Assembly: GCA_041697335.1 (NCBI GenBank)
Contig: JBGUGD010000001.1
Span: 64,001 to 128,000, forward strand
Length of the DNA: 64,000 bases
Source of the DNA: Vampirovibrionaceae bacterium NZW_1234
GTDB lineage: Bacteria > Cyanobacteriota > Vampirovibrionia > Vampirovibrionales > JAGQHJ01
Reading direction: 5' to 3'
Positions within the stretch are counted from its first letter, which is position 1; each line of letters opens with the position of its first letter. The position numbers were made by a program, and so were the translations under genes. The notes under the pieces are model-generated. The model did not search any database and was not told the origin of the DNA. It saw only the letters and a list, made by a program, of their open reading frames with translations. Below, piece after piece: positions 39,280-49,812 of the stretch.

Positions 39280-39894
39280 TTGGCACGCTATCGTAAATCA
39301 GTTTGCAAATTATGCCGCAACGAGGGCATGAAGCTCTTCCTGAAAGGGGCTCGTTGCGAAACCAAATGTGCAATCGACAAGAAACCCTACGCCACCGGCC
39401 AACATGGTCAGGCTCGGAAAAAGCTCTCTGAATACGCCATTCAGTTGCGTGAAAAGCAAAAAGTTCGCCGTATGTATGGTGTTCAGGAAAAGCAATTCCG
39501 CAAGTACTACGAAAAAGCAACCCGGACCACTGGGGTTACCGGTACCATCATCTTCCAATTGTTGGAAGCTCGCTTGGATAACGTTCTTTACCGCTCCGGT
39601 CTGGTTCCTTCCCGTGCCCAAGCCCGTCAAATGATTGGCCATGGACACTTTCTGGTGAATGGACGCAAAGTCGATATCCCGTCGGTTCAGCTCAAGCCGG
39701 GTGACGTGATTACGCCCAAGGAAAAGAGCAAGGAACTGATCAAGCAACTTTCCGAAATTGCCACCACGGCCACCCCGCGCTGGTTGGATGTGGATAAGGA
39801 CAATCTGGCCATTCGGGTGAATGCAAAAGTTGAACGGGAAGACGTGGATGCTACCCTCAAAGAAGCGCTGATCGTTGAATACTATTCACGGTAA
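39280..39894 (+). CDS. rpsD: 30S ribosomal protein S4 (zinc-binding form)
   Basis: CKLCR..G.KLFLKG.RC...C, LEARLDN, IVEYYSR; TTG start. Confidence 0.98.
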   Translation: MARYRKSVCKLCRNEGMKLFLKGARCETKCAIDKKPYATGQHGQARKKLSEYAIQLREKQKVRRMYGVQEKQFRKYYEKATRTTGVTGTIIFQLLEARLDNVLYRSGLVPSRAQARQMIGHGHFLVNGRKVDIPSVQLKPGDVITPKEKSKELIKQLSEIATTATPRWLDVDKDNLAIRVNAKVEREDVDATLKEALIVEYYSR

Positions 39895-39961
39895 GCGATA
39901 TACTTTTGTTCTAGAACAGTTCTATCCGCCGGATAATTTTTAAGAGGAGTTTTAGCCCCCT

Positions 39962-40924
39962 ATGGAACACCAACCCAACATTAAATGTGTCAACACAACC
40001 ACCGATTCGGATGGTTCGATTTATGGCAAGTTTGTGATTGAACCGTTGGAAAGAGGCTACGGGACCACTTTGGGTAACTCGTTGCGTCGGGTTCTTTTGT
40101 CCAGCTTGCCGGGTTCTGCCATTACGGCTGTTCGTATCGAAGGGGTCAGTCACGAGTTCACTACCATGCCTGGTGTCAAGGAAGACGTCATGGACATCAT
40201 CCTCAATCTCAAAGGCATCGTGATCAAGAATCTGACCGAAGATACCCAATATCTTCGCATTGATGCCGATAAACCCGGCCCGGTGTTTGCAGGCGATATC
40301 AATTTGCCTGGTGATGTTCGTATCGTCAACCCCGATCGCTTGATCTGCACCTTGTCCGAGGGTGGCAGCTTCCATGCCGATCTGACCGTTGAAAACGGCA
40401 AAGGCTATGTTCCGGCCAACACCAGCGGTAACCTCCCGGTTGATGTATTGCCCATTGACGGTGTCTTTATGCCCATCCGCCGGGTTGCCTACACCGTGGA
40501 AGATACCCGGGTCGGCCAGCGCACCGATTATGACAAACTGATTCTGGAAGTCTGGTCCAACGGCAGCATCGAAGTGGCTGAAGCCCTGAGCCGTGCTGCA
40601 AACCTGCTCATCGAGCACATGTTGCCTCTGGCCTCTTTGTCCGGTATTCCCAAGCTGGTGGCTCAACCTCAGCCTGAAGAAACCGAGACGGAGACCAAGG
40701 CGCCCAATATCACCGTCGAAGATCTGGAATTGTCCGTGCGTGCCTTCAACTGCTTGAAGCGGGCCAATATCAATTCCATCAGCGAGTTGCTCAACAAGTC
40801 CGAAAACGACTTGCTCAACATTAAAAACTTCGGCAAGAAGTCCGCTGACGAGGTGATTGAGCGCTTAAGAGCCTTTGGTTTGGATCTGAAGCCCAATCCG
40901 GAAGAATCGGAACTGATTTCGTAA
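39962..40924 (+). CDS. rpoA: RNA polymerase alpha subunit
   Basis: EPLERGYGTTLGNSLRRVLLSS, LSVRAFNCLKRA, NFGKKS. Confidence 0.98.
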   Translation: MEHQPNIKCVNTTTDSDGSIYGKFVIEPLERGYGTTLGNSLRRVLLSSLPGSAITAVRIEGVSHEFTTMPGVKEDVMDIILNLKGIVIKNLTEDTQYLRIDADKPGPVFAGDINLPGDVRIVNPDRLICTLSEGGSFHADLTVENGKGYVPANTSGNLPVDVLPIDGVFMPIRRVAYTVEDTRVGQRTDYDKLILEVWSNGSIEVAEALSRAANLLIEHMLPLASLSGIPKLVAQPQPEETETETKAPNITVEDLELSVRAFNCLKRANINSISELLNKSENDLLNIKNFGKKSADEVIERLRAFGLDLKPNPEESELIS

Positions 40925-40959
40925 GAAGGAAAGAATAAACTCCAAAAGGACTATCGATC

Positions 40960-41361
40960 ATGAGACACAGATGTAAACGTCATCACCTGTCCAAAGCGGC
41001 TGACCAGCGCAATGCGCTGATCCGGACTTTGGCAACCAGCTTTATCAAGCACAATGAGATTGTCACCACGCTGCCTCGGGCCAAAGCGCTTAAAGAAACC
41101 GTGGAGCAGCTCATTACCCTAGGTAAGCAAGGTGATGTTCACGCTATGCGTCAAGCTGCTCGGCATGTCTACAACCAGCCGACGGGCGAGCTCATGACCA
41201 CGGACAACGGAAAGACCATCTCCCAGACGGTATTGCGTAAGCTCTTCTCCGAAATCGCTCCCAAGTTCCAGGGGCGTAAGGGTGGATACACTCGTGTGGT
41301 GAAGCTTCCTCCCCGTCGTGGTGATGCCGCTCCGATGGCCCTCATTCAGCTGGTCGATTAG
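40960..41361 (+). CDS. rplQ: 50S ribosomal protein L17
   Basis: MRHR, TT..RAK, R.GGYTR, RRGDAAPMA. Confidence 0.97.
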   Translation: MRHRCKRHHLSKAADQRNALIRTLATSFIKHNEIVTTLPRAKALKETVEQLITLGKQGDVHAMRQAARHVYNQPTGELMTTDNGKTISQTVLRKLFSEIAPKFQGRKGGYTRVVKLPPRRGDAAPMALIQLVD

Positions 41362-41388
41362 GGATTTTTTCCCTTTCTGGGACCAGGC

Positions 41389-42297
41389 ATGATGACGGAC
41401 ATTCACTCTCAAAGTATCGACACCCAGCAGCAGCGCATTGCACTGCTGCTGGAGTATTTTGGCCCGGCTTTTTCGGGGGCGGCCCGACAGATTGAAGCCT
41501 ATACGGTTCAAGGCGCTTTGGAAAACACCTTGGCCAAGCTGAACATTCCGCATACCGGTGTGTGTCTCGCCGGGCGTACGGATGCCGGCGTGCATGCCAA
41601 GGGTCAGGTGGTTCATTTCGATATTCCCTTTCAAGGCCTGAATCAGATTCCAAGCCTGAATCTTTCCTTAAATGCAAAGTTACCCCATACTATGTCTGTG
41701 AAGGATTCGGTGATTGTGCCTCTGTCGGAGGTCAAGAAGCAGAACTTTCATGCCACCGTGTCGGCCCAGTGGCGCTGGTATCAGTACCGCATCTTTAATC
41801 AGCCCCTGCGGTCCACCTGGAAGCGTCCCGATGCGGCCTGGGTTCGCTATCCGATGGATGTGGAGCGCATGGCTGAAGGGGCACGCTACTTCCTGGGTGA
41901 ACATGACTTTGAGAGTTTCAAATGTCCTCGGACCGATAATATGAATAATGTTTGCAACGTCATCCACAGCCGCCTGTATCGGGAAGATGAAAACTATATT
42001 GTCTTTGACATTGTGGCCAATCGGTTTGTTTACAAAATGGTCCGCAATCTGATGGGGCTGTTGATTCAGATTGGGCTTGATGATCGTCTCCAGCCGGAAG
42101 ACATTCCCCAGATTATTGGATGCAAAGCCCGTCAGGATAGCTTTTCTACCGCACAACCCGAGGGTCTTTCCCTCATGGCGGTCCATTATCCCAAACCATG
42201 GGACTTTTTTCAGAACGATGTTTATGTTACAACTTTGAATCAGATAATACAGGAGTCCAGCAGTTATGAAAAAAACGTACTCCGCAAAGCCTCTTGA
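41389..42297 (+). CDS. truA: tRNA pseudouridine(38-40) synthase
   Basis: [29 protein letters not shown]. Confidence 0.95.
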   Translation: MMTDIHSQSIDTQQQRIALLLEYFGPAFSGAARQIEAYTVQGALENTLAKLNIPHTGVCLAGRTDAGVHAKGQVVHFDIPFQGLNQIPSLNLSLNAKLPHTMSVKDSVIVPLSEVKKQNFHATVSAQWRWYQYRIFNQPLRSTWKRPDAAWVRYPMDVERMAEGARYFLGEHDFESFKCPRTDNMNNVCNVIHSRLYREDENYIVFDIVANRFVYKMVRNLMGLLIQIGLDDRLQPEDIPQIIGCKARQDSFSTAQPEGLSLMAVHYPKPWDFFQNDVYVTTLNQIIQESSSYEKNVLRKAS

Positions 42298-42712
42298 AGT
42301 AGAGCGTAAGTGGATCATCGTCGACGCTAAAGGCCAACGCCTTGGCCGTTTAGCCAGCACCGTGGCAACCTTGCTGCGTGGCAAGCATAAGCCCGAGTTC
42401 ACCCCCCACGTGGATACCGGGGATTTTGTTATCGTCATTAACGCCAGTGATGTTGAAGTGACCGGCAACAAGGCGAATGATAAAAAATACTACCGCAACA
42501 CCGGCTACCCGGGTGGTTTGCGGACGTTGACCTTTAAAGATTTCATGGCCAAGTCCCCTGAAAAGGTGATTGAGTTGGCCGTTTGGGGGATGATTCCTCA
42601 CACTCGCCTGGGTCGTGATCAGATCCGCAAATTGCATGTGTATCCCGGTGCTGAGCACCCGCATCAAGCTCAACAGCCGGAACTCTACAGAGAATTGGAG
42701 GTCGTGAAATAA
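42266..42712 (+). CDS. rplM: 50S ribosomal protein L13
   Basis: [28 protein letters not shown]. Confidence 0.98.
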   Translation: MKKTYSAKPLEVERKWIIVDAKGQRLGRLASTVATLLRGKHKPEFTPHVDTGDFVIVINASDVEVTGNKANDKKYYRNTGYPGGLRTLTFKDFMAKSPEKVIELAVWGMIPHTRLGRDQIRKLHVYPGAEHPHQAQQPELYRELEVVK

Positions 42713-42713
42713 C

Positions 42714-43115
42714 ATGGATTACCCGCAAAAAGGAACCCGTGGTACGGGACGTCGTAAAACCGCTGTTGCTCGGGTACGTTTGGTCAAAGGCACCGGCAAG
42801 CTTCTGGTGAACAACCAAACCGGTGAAGATTATTTTGGCCAACGGGCTGCGTTGGTTACCCAAGCGGTTCAGCCCCTGGTGGTTGCCGGTGTTCGCGAGA
42901 AATACGATATTCTGGTCAAAGCCCATGGCGGCGGCAAAAGCGGTCAGTCTGGTGCTATCCGTCTCGGTGTGGCCCGTGCGCTGATCGAAGTGATGCCGGA
43001 TCTGAACAAGTCCATCCGTGATGAAGGCTTCCTGACCCGTGACCCTCGCGTGAAAGAACGGAAAAAGTACGGTTTGCACAAAGCCCGCAAACGTCCTCAG
43101 TACTCCAAACGTTAA
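42714..43115 (+). CDS. rpsI: 30S ribosomal protein S9
   Basis: GTGRRKTAVARV, LTRDPR.KERKKYG, QYSKR. Confidence 0.98.
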   Translation: MDYPQKGTRGTGRRKTAVARVRLVKGTGKLLVNNQTGEDYFGQRAALVTQAVQPLVVAGVREKYDILVKAHGGGKSGQSGAIRLGVARALIEVMPDLNKSIRDEGFLTRDPRVKERKKYGLHKARKRPQYSKR

Positions 43116-43159
43116 TTTCTGCTGGGATTCAAAGACAACACACTGTATTATCCGATTCA

Positions 43160-43205
43160 CAACCATCCTCTCACTCGAAGACCTCGGTGGGAGGATGGTT
43201 GCTTT
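43160..43205 (+). terminator. Hairpin/terminator ending ribosomal operon
   Basis: aaccatcctc...gaggatggtt stem. Confidence 0.65.
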
Positions 43206-43316
43206 AAGGATTGGAGCGGGTGAGAAGAAAGAGCGACCACTAGGCAAATGACATAAAAACGCTCGGATCTTTAGAGGCTCCGAGCGTTGGGTTTTTCAAA
43301 TGATAGGGGCGTGTCG

Positions 43317-43874
43317 TTAAACAATTCTGTCGAATTGCGGTTCAAGGTTGCGAGAGACCACCCCAAATTGTCCGACAAGCGGCTTTCCTTTAAGGGCGGC
43401 CAATTCCTTGATCTGGGTGGTATCAATCCGGAAGGCATCATCGGATGCCAACGCCGTATCCGGATCCAACGCGCCTTTTAAGAGCTCGACCCCCGGTAAT
43501 TGGAGCAAGGCTTTCAGGAGGGTTCGTTTCTCCGGTTCCGTATGGGAGGCGGTGAGCAGTAAGACTTTGGGGTCGCTGGAAGGCGGATCTGTTTTTCGGC
43601 GACCATACCCCACAAACAAGGTCGGATGGTCTAACATCTGCTTCAGGAGGGTGGATTGTTTGGTGAAAAATGTTTCTAGAAACGTTTTCACAATGCTCCC
43701 TTCGGCTTTTTCAGCTGATGTGACTGCTGGAGCCTGTTCGGTCCGGTGCTCGTTCAGGAGTTCTGCCTTAAGTCGAGCCAGGGCCTCTTGGGTGTTCGAT
43801 GAATCACTAGAGAACTTCAGAGGCTGTTTCGCTGCCCTGGTTGGCAGATACGGTTTAATTGCCAAAATTTTCAT
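43317..43874 (-). CDS. Hypothetical protein with N-terminal PLKFS motif
   Basis: Start MKILAIKP after GGGAG; no recognisable domain. Confidence 0.65.
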   Translation of the reverse strand: MKILAIKPYLPTRAAKQPLKFSSDSSNTQEALARLKAELLNEHRTEQAPAVTSAEKAEGSIVKTFLETFFTKQSTLLKQMLDHPTLFVGYGRRKTDPPSSDPKVLLLTASHTEPEKRTLLKALLQLPGVELLKGALDPDTALASDDAFRIDTTQIKELAALKGKPLVGQFGVVSRNLEPQFDRIV

Positions 43875-44145
43875 TGCTTTTAGAGACTCCCTTTCAACCA
43901 CCACGGGTGTTTTCACCTCAAATGATATTTGGAAAGCAGCTGGTAAGCAATTAAAAATTGGCATTGGGCTTAAGATGTCCATACGTGAAGAATATGGGGG
44001 CAGAACGGTTTCTGACTAGGTCGCTTCCAAAATTACGAAATGTAACAAATGGATCGGCTTTAGGCATTTTTAAACCTTCTTAATTTTTTATTTACACATA
44101 GAGAAGAGATTACCTTGTTTTGCGAAGAAGGAGAGAGAAGACGTT

Positions 44146-45045
44146 ATGTATTCGATGAATCCTTACGGTGGTGGTATCAGTCCCAACGTCGGAGGCTATG
44201 GCTTTCCGCAGTCACCGCGTAGCAGCTCGTCCTCCTCAAGCTATAACAATTACAGTCCTTCAGCAGTTTCGAATTATTCGAATTACAGCCCGTCTGCCTC
44301 ATCGGCATACTCGAATTTTTCAAATTACAGCCCCACGGCGGTGAGTTCCAATTTCTCGCCGAACTACTCGCCGACGCTGAACCAGTATTTGCATAACGAA
44401 AACAAACCGATTTATTACAGCAATTCGACCAACTATTATGGTCAGGAGGGTACCCCGGTGTATAATCCCCCAATGTCGTATTCGCCGCCTGGCGGAAGCT
44501 ATTATCAGGGCGGCACCTATAGCCCCAGCAGCAGTTATTATCAAGGTGGTAATTATCATGGTGGCAACTGGGCCTATGATAACAGCAATTACCACACCTC
44601 GGCTCAGCACAATAACTACAAGAGCGATTTCACCTTTGCCCCGCAAGTCACTCAAATCGGTGACCCCTGGGCTGCCCGTTTCCTGGGCCGTCCCAACGTA
44701 TTTGGATTCAAATCCGTGGGTGACATTGCGTCCAACAATACCCGTCTCGGTGTTGGCGTCAACTCGGTGGGCGACATTAATTCCCGGAACATCTTCAATA
44801 TCAATTCCGGCAACAATTTCATTAATGTCAGCAACCTGACCCAACCCCAGCCTACCCCATTTTACTGTCCACCCGGCTACTATACGCCGTTCTATCTGGA
44901 CCCCACCCAGTATGCAGATTGTCCCCCCGAGTTGTTGCAATACCTAGGCCAATCCTTTGATAGTTACCGAGGAGCTTTCGGCGGCAGCCAAAATACCTCG
45001 ACCAACAACTATAACCGGGTGTTACGCGATTTTACCGATGCCTAA
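44146..45045 (+). CDS. Hypothetical Tyr/Ser/Asn/Pro-rich low-complexity protein
   Basis: AAGGAG RBS, YSP repeats, terminator at about 45088-45122. Confidence 0.8.
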   Translation: MYSMNPYGGGISPNVGGYGFPQSPRSSSSSSSYNNYSPSAVSNYSNYSPSASSAYSNFSNYSPTAVSSNFSPNYSPTLNQYLHNENKPIYYSNSTNYYGQEGTPVYNPPMSYSPPGGSYYQGGTYSPSSSYYQGGNYHGGNWAYDNSNYHTSAQHNNYKSDFTFAPQVTQIGDPWAARFLGRPNVFGFKSVGDIASNNTRLGVGVNSVGDINSRNIFNINSGNNFINVSNLTQPQPTPFYCPPGYYTPFYLDPTQYADCPPELLQYLGQSFDSYRGAFGGSQNTSTNNYNRVLRDFTDA

Positions 45046-45120
45046 AACCCGGCATCACCGGTGAACAAGTTACCTTCCTAATTAATCTGGCTCTGCTTAG
45101 CGGCAGGGCCCTTTTTATTT

Positions 45121-46194
45121 TTACGCCGGCAGATGCAGGCCCAGGTGTTGGGCGATGAGTGGAGCATCGGCGGGGAGGGTGTCTTTTTGGGCGTTGCCGA
45201 ATTGAATGGCGTTGTCCGGGTCTTTCAGGCCATTGCCGGTCAGCACGCACGTCACCGTCGAACCGGGTTCAACGTAGCCGTTGGCGCAGGCTTGAAACAG
45301 CCCGGCCACGCTGGCGGCGCTCGCAGGCTCACAGAAAATGCCTTCTTTGGAAGCCAGGAACTGATAGGCGTAAACGATTTCGTCATCGGTCACATCATCA
45401 ATCCGCCCGCCGGATTCGTCCCGGGCGTTGACGGCCCCTTGCCAGCTGGTGGGATTGCCAATGCGAATGGCCGTGGCCAACGTTTCGGGGTTATCGATTT
45501 TTTCACCCCGCACAATGGCCGCCGACCCGGTGGCTTCGTAGCCGAACATTTTGGGCAGGCTATCGATTTTGCCCGCATCCTTATAGGCCTTATACCCGGC
45601 CCAATAGGCGGTAATGTTCCCGGCATTGCCTACGGGAATAAAATGATAGTCGGGGGCTCGGCCCTCGAGCTGGTCACAGATCTCAAAAGCCCCTGTGCGC
45701 TGCCCGAGGAGGCGATAAGGATTGATGGAGTTGACGATGGCCACATTGGTGGCCTGCCCGAGGATTTTGACCACATCCAGGGCCTGGTCGAAATTGCCGG
45801 CAATTTCCACAATGCGGGCCCCGTACAAAATGGCTTGCGACAGTTTGCCCATGGCAACCTTGCCCTGAGGTAGCACAATCAGGGTCTCAAGCCCGGCCCG
45901 AGTGCCGTAGGCGGCCGCAGAGGCACTGGTGTTACCGGTGCTGGCGCAGATAATATGGGTATAACCCTCAGCCTTGGCTCTGGAGACGGCATAGGTCATC
46001 CCTCGGTCCTTGAAGCTCCCGGTGGGGTTCAGGCCTTCGAATTTGAGATAGACTTTTAAACCGGGGACTCCGGCCTGTTTCGCCACGGCTGGGGCGGGAA
46101 TCAGCGGGGTATTGCCTTCGTTTAAGGAGACAATGGGAAACGTGTCGTCAAAGTCAAAAAAGGACCGATAGCGGCTTAAAATGCCCTGGCTCAT
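45121..46194 (-). CDS. thrC: Threonine synthase
   Basis: EGNTPL, NPTGSFKDRG, ASTGNTSAS, PVGNAGN, EPASAAS, TGNGLKDP. Confidence 0.96.
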   Translation of the reverse strand: MSQGILSRYRSFFDFDDTFPIVSLNEGNTPLIPAPAVAKQAGVPGLKVYLKFEGLNPTGSFKDRGMTYAVSRAKAEGYTHIICASTGNTSASAAAYGTRAGLETLIVLPQGKVAMGKLSQAILYGARIVEIAGNFDQALDVVKILGQATNVAIVNSINPYRLLGQRTGAFEICDQLEGRAPDYHFIPVGNAGNITAYWAGYKAYKDAGKIDSLPKMFGYEATGSAAIVRGEKIDNPETLATAIRIGNPTSWQGAVNARDESGGRIDDVTDDEIVYAYQFLASKEGIFCEPASAASVAGLFQACANGYVEPGSTVTCVLTGNGLKDPDNAIQFGNAQKDTLPADAPLIAQHLGLHLPA

Positions 46195-47546
46195 GGATGG
46201 AAAACCCTCAAAACAGTTGCAATGGTTTGTGTGGTGGATTGGTTCCGGATTTGCTCAAGTGCGGCCTGCATGGCGCTTTCCTGCACATCATGGGTAATCA
46301 GTACAATTGTCGCCGAGCCGGTCTTGGGGTCGGTGCCTTTTTGCATAATGGCATCCAGGCTGACGTTATGGTCGCCGCAGGCTTTGCCCAGATTGCCGAT
46401 GACCCCGGATTCATCTTCGGCTTCCAGGCGGATGTAGTAAGCGTTTCGGGTTTCGGAGACGGGAATGAGCTTGCTTTGGGCTTCCAAGGAAAGGTTCATA
46501 CCCGCCACGGAGTGTTGGCCGGTTCTCAATGCATTGGCAATCAAGAGGACATCACCCGAAACGGCACTGGCGGTAGGTAATTCTCCAGCGCCTTTGCCGT
46601 AAAACATTACATCACCCACCGCATCGCCTTGAACAAAGATGGCGTTGTTTTCAAACAGAACCTTGGCCAGGGGGTGCTCCGAGGGAATCAACATCGGGTG
46701 AACCCGAATGTCGATGGCTTCGCCATTTTCGGAACGGGCCATGGCAATCAGACGAATGGTATAGCCCAAGGTCCGGGCCATCTCGATGTCTACCGGCCCA
46801 ATGGTCGAAATGCCTTCGGCATGAATGCCGCTTTGTGCGACCTGGCGCTGGTAGGCAATGGAGGCCAGGATGCCGATTTTACAGGCCGCATCGTGGCCTT
46901 CCACATCGGCGGTGGGGTCGGCTTCGGCAAAGCCTAAATCCTGGGCTTCCTTGAGGGCCGCCTGAAAATCCAGCCCGGCCTGTTCCATGCGGGTCAGAAT
47001 ATAATTGGTGGTGCCGTTTAAAATGCCGGCAATCTGGCGGATCTGGTTCCCGGCCAGGGAGGTTTTTAAAGGCGAAATAATGGGAATCCCACCGGCAACC
47101 GCCGCTTCAAAGAACAGATTGACGCCGTTTTGGGCGGCCAATGCGAACAGCTCCGGCCCATAGTTGGCAATAACCACCTTGTTGGCCGTGACCACATGTT
47201 TTTTATTTTCCAGGGCCTGGCGAATCACTTGGTAAGGATGCTCTTTGCCCCCCATGACTTCTACAACGATATCAATGTCCGGATTGTTGATCACATCGGC
47301 CACATCATCGGAAATAATTTCGGTCGGCACGGTTTCCAGCGAGCGTTTTTTATCCAGGTTCTTGACCACAATGCGGGAAACGTGGGTGAAGGGGCAACGG
47401 GTCAGCAATTTGTAGACGCCGGTGCCCACAGTGCCAAGACCCAGCAATCCAACATTGATGACGGGCTTGCCCGCATTGTGGGCGGCATCGGGTTTATGGG
47501 CATCTTGTGTCAACATGGGGGACAGTCCTTCTGGTTGGTTACTCAA
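46191..47546 (-). CDS. hom: Homoserine dehydrogenase with ACT domain
   Basis: GLGTVG, VVTANK, FEAAVAGGIP, NGTTNYIL, GAGELPTASAV. Confidence 0.96.
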   Translation of the reverse strand: MSNQPEGLSPMLTQDAHKPDAAHNAGKPVINVGLLGLGTVGTGVYKLLTRCPFTHVSRIVVKNLDKKRSLETVPTEIISDDVADVINNPDIDIVVEVMGGKEHPYQVIRQALENKKHVVTANKVVIANYGPELFALAAQNGVNLFFEAAVAGGIPIISPLKTSLAGNQIRQIAGILNGTTNYILTRMEQAGLDFQAALKEAQDLGFAEADPTADVEGHDAACKIGILASIAYQRQVAQSGIHAEGISTIGPVDIEMARTLGYTIRLIAMARSENGEAIDIRVHPMLIPSEHPLAKVLFENNAIFVQGDAVGDVMFYGKGAGELPTASAVSGDVLLIANALRTGQHSVAGMNLSLEAQSKLIPVSETRNAYYIRLEAEDESGVIGNLGKACGDHNVSLDAIMQKGTDPKTGSATIVLITHDVQESAMQAALEQIRNQSTTQTIATVLRVFHP

Positions 47547-47564
47547 CGGGTTTGACGTTTGCTA

Positions 47565-48281
47565 TCACCAGGTCGGGCCCAGCGAAAAGGGCACATGGGC
47601 CGTTGCCAGAGCGGTGACGCTGATATCGGGGGAAACTTTCTGGAAGGCTTTGACGGCCTCGCTGAGGGTGGCGCCGGTGGTCATCAAATCATCCATGATC
47701 AGAATCCGGGACTTGGGCTGGAGTCGTTGGGCCAAGGCTGGATGCACTTCTAAGGCGCCCTGGATATTCTGGCGGCGTTTGCGGCGGTGATAGATGGTGT
47801 GTTGGGCCTGAATAGGATGACGCCATTGAAGGCCGTTTTCCAGAAAGTCATAGCCGAAATGGCTGGCCAATGGGCGTGCCAACAGGGGCAATTGAGCGAG
47901 GGCGGAGTCTGCATGCGGCGGAATCATGACCACCGTCCACCCGGATTGCTGGGCCTGCGGGAGTTGCTGCCAATAATGCAACAAGATCTGGGACAAGGGA
48001 AACCCCAGCTCGGCTTGGTTGTTGAATTTTAATTGATATAAGAGCCGCTTGAGCCGGAAGGGAAACTCGCAGGCGGTATAAATAGGGGCCTTGGAGACCG
48101 TCATAATGGGGACGGCGTGACGCACCATCAGCTGTTGTTCACAGGTGGGGCAGATGAACCCCGGCATTTTGGGAGGCATACTGTCACGGCAAACAGGGCA
48201 AAGCGCATCCGTCAGGGCCAGTCTCAGTCTATCCAATAAGAAGCCAAAAGGTTTGACAGCCATCCATCCAATACCACTCAA
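47565..48281 (-). CDS. comF: ComF family phosphoribosyltransferase-like protein
   Basis: N-terminal CxxC..CxxC, DDLMTTGATL. Confidence 0.85.
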   Translation of the reverse strand: MSGIGWMAVKPFGFLLDRLRLALTDALCPVCRDSMPPKMPGFICPTCEQQLMVRHAVPIMTVSKAPIYTACEFPFRLKRLLYQLKFNNQAELGFPLSQILLHYWQQLPQAQQSGWTVVMIPPHADSALAQLPLLARPLASHFGYDFLENGLQWRHPIQAQHTIYHRRKRRQNIQGALEVHPALAQRLQPKSRILIMDDLMTTGATLSEAVKAFQKVSPDISVTALATAHVPFSLGPTW

Positions 48282-48524
48282 AAAAACCGGATGCCATAGT
48301 CATAACACTCATTTTGAGCAGAATCAACCTTGTGTTAACTCCTGGCCAGTCCGATGCTTTGGCCGATTCTTGGCCCTCGGCAACCGGGGAATCCCGGGGG
48401 CGGGACTCCGGTTTTTGATCCCGGTTGCATTTTTTACAAATCCGCATACGCTTTCTCTAACAGGATTGTCGAGAGAGAATGAGTAGCCTGGTGGAGCATG
48501 TGTGTTATGCGAGAAAGCGGATTC

Positions 48525-48941
48525 ATGGATCTGTTGAAAGCCCTGGTGACGTGCAGTCATGCCCGGGCCAATGCGGTTGAAGGCAAAACGTTTTGCCCGG
48601 ACTGTGGGCAGGGGGTGGTGTTTCGGTGGGTTGTTCTTAAATGTGTCGGCTGCGGGCAACGACGATCGGCTTGCTATCGGTTTCGTCAGGTAGCCCCTGT
48701 CGATCTGTGTTGCCGCTTTTGCGGTGATCCGTCCTGGGAGGCTCGGGTGTTGGTGGATCCGGAATATTATCAGCTTCGCTATGCCCTGCTCCAATATGAG
48801 CCGGATCCGGAGGAAGCCGCTGGACGACCCGACTGGGGGTATGGGGTGCTTGTGTCCTTGATAGCGCGTTTGTGGGCATGGCTGGATCCCTCGCCAACAC
48901 AATCCCCACCCCTGTTGTGTCCTTCCTCACCTCTGTCCTGA
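48525..48941 (+). CDS. Hypothetical zinc-ribbon protein (paralog of 19060-19647)
   Basis: CSH..FCPDCG..W..L.C.GC..RR..CRFCG. Confidence 0.7.
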   Translation: MDLLKALVTCSHARANAVEGKTFCPDCGQGVVFRWVVLKCVGCGQRRSACYRFRQVAPVDLCCRFCGDPSWEARVLVDPEYYQLRYALLQYEPDPEEAAGRPDWGYGVLVSLIARLWAWLDPSPTQSPPLLCPSSPLS

Positions 48942-49168
48942 GGTGGCGGATGGGGGCAGCATCATAAATGGATGTTGTTTGTAGCGAAAACATCGGTTTT
49001 GCTTGAATTCAGGCCATGCCTTCGGCAGTGAATGGGATGAGGAATGTGTCAAAGCGTAAAATTTTTTAAAAGCCTGACTGAGCTGCTTTGAATCCCTTGA
49101 CAAGCGTCGTGATGCGATGAGCGATGGCTCTTGATCACAGGCCATGGTGAATGCAGCGACCAACTGTC

Positions 49169-49189
49169 AATACTACATCGAGTAGTATT
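49169..49189. promoter_or_regulatory. BlaI/MecI-type operator palindrome
   Basis: AATACTAC-atcga-GTAGTATT upstream of BlaI-family gene. Confidence 0.65.
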
Positions 49190-49342
49190 TGTGGAGGTAG
49201 GCTAGATTGAGAAATAGACGTTGATTTTTTAAAAGTGCTTTCCATATACTGGTAGGAACAAAATTTGAGAGTTATTCAGAGATCAATTGAGAGATAGGTA
49301 GTTTATCTATTTCAATTTGGAAGCGGAGGTTTTCTCACGGAT

Positions 49343-49807
49343 ATGAAAATGAACTTGAAGCAAGGCGACCTCGAAAATATTATTCTTAATGCTCTGTGGG
49401 ATCTGGAAACGGATGGGCGCACCAAGATTTTCGTGGGAGACATTCAAGAGAAGATTAAACAGGACCGGGCCGATTCCAGAGAATGGGCCTACACCACGGT
49501 TAAAACCGTCCTGGATCGCCTCGTGGATAAAGAAATCGCCTTCCGTGAAAAAGACGGTAAAAAATATCTCTATCGCTCGGTTCTCAAACGCGATGAAGCC
49601 GGCACCCTGGCATTAACCAAGCTGATTCGCCAGTATTTCCGCAACGATGTGAGCAACCTTGAAGCCTGCCTCGATCGCATTCGCCACACCTTTGAACCGG
49701 TGAAGCCTTTTGCCTCCAAGCCGGTTGCTCCCTCGCTAGAAGAAGTTCTGGCCCCCATTCCCGCTGCCTCCGTTGAGACCCGAGTTGCTGAGCCGGCGAT
49801 TTCTTAA
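49343..49807 (+). CDS. BlaI/MecI/CopY family transcriptional repressor
   Basis: GDLE..IL..LW, WAYTTVKTVLDRLVDK, REKDGKKYLY. Confidence 0.9.
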   Translation: MKMNLKQGDLENIILNALWDLETDGRTKIFVGDIQEKIKQDRADSREWAYTTVKTVLDRLVDKEIAFREKDGKKYLYRSVLKRDEAGTLALTKLIRQYFRNDVSNLEACLDRIRHTFEPVKPFASKPVAPSLEEVLAPIPAASVETRVAEPAIS

Positions 49808-49812
49808 GGCCG

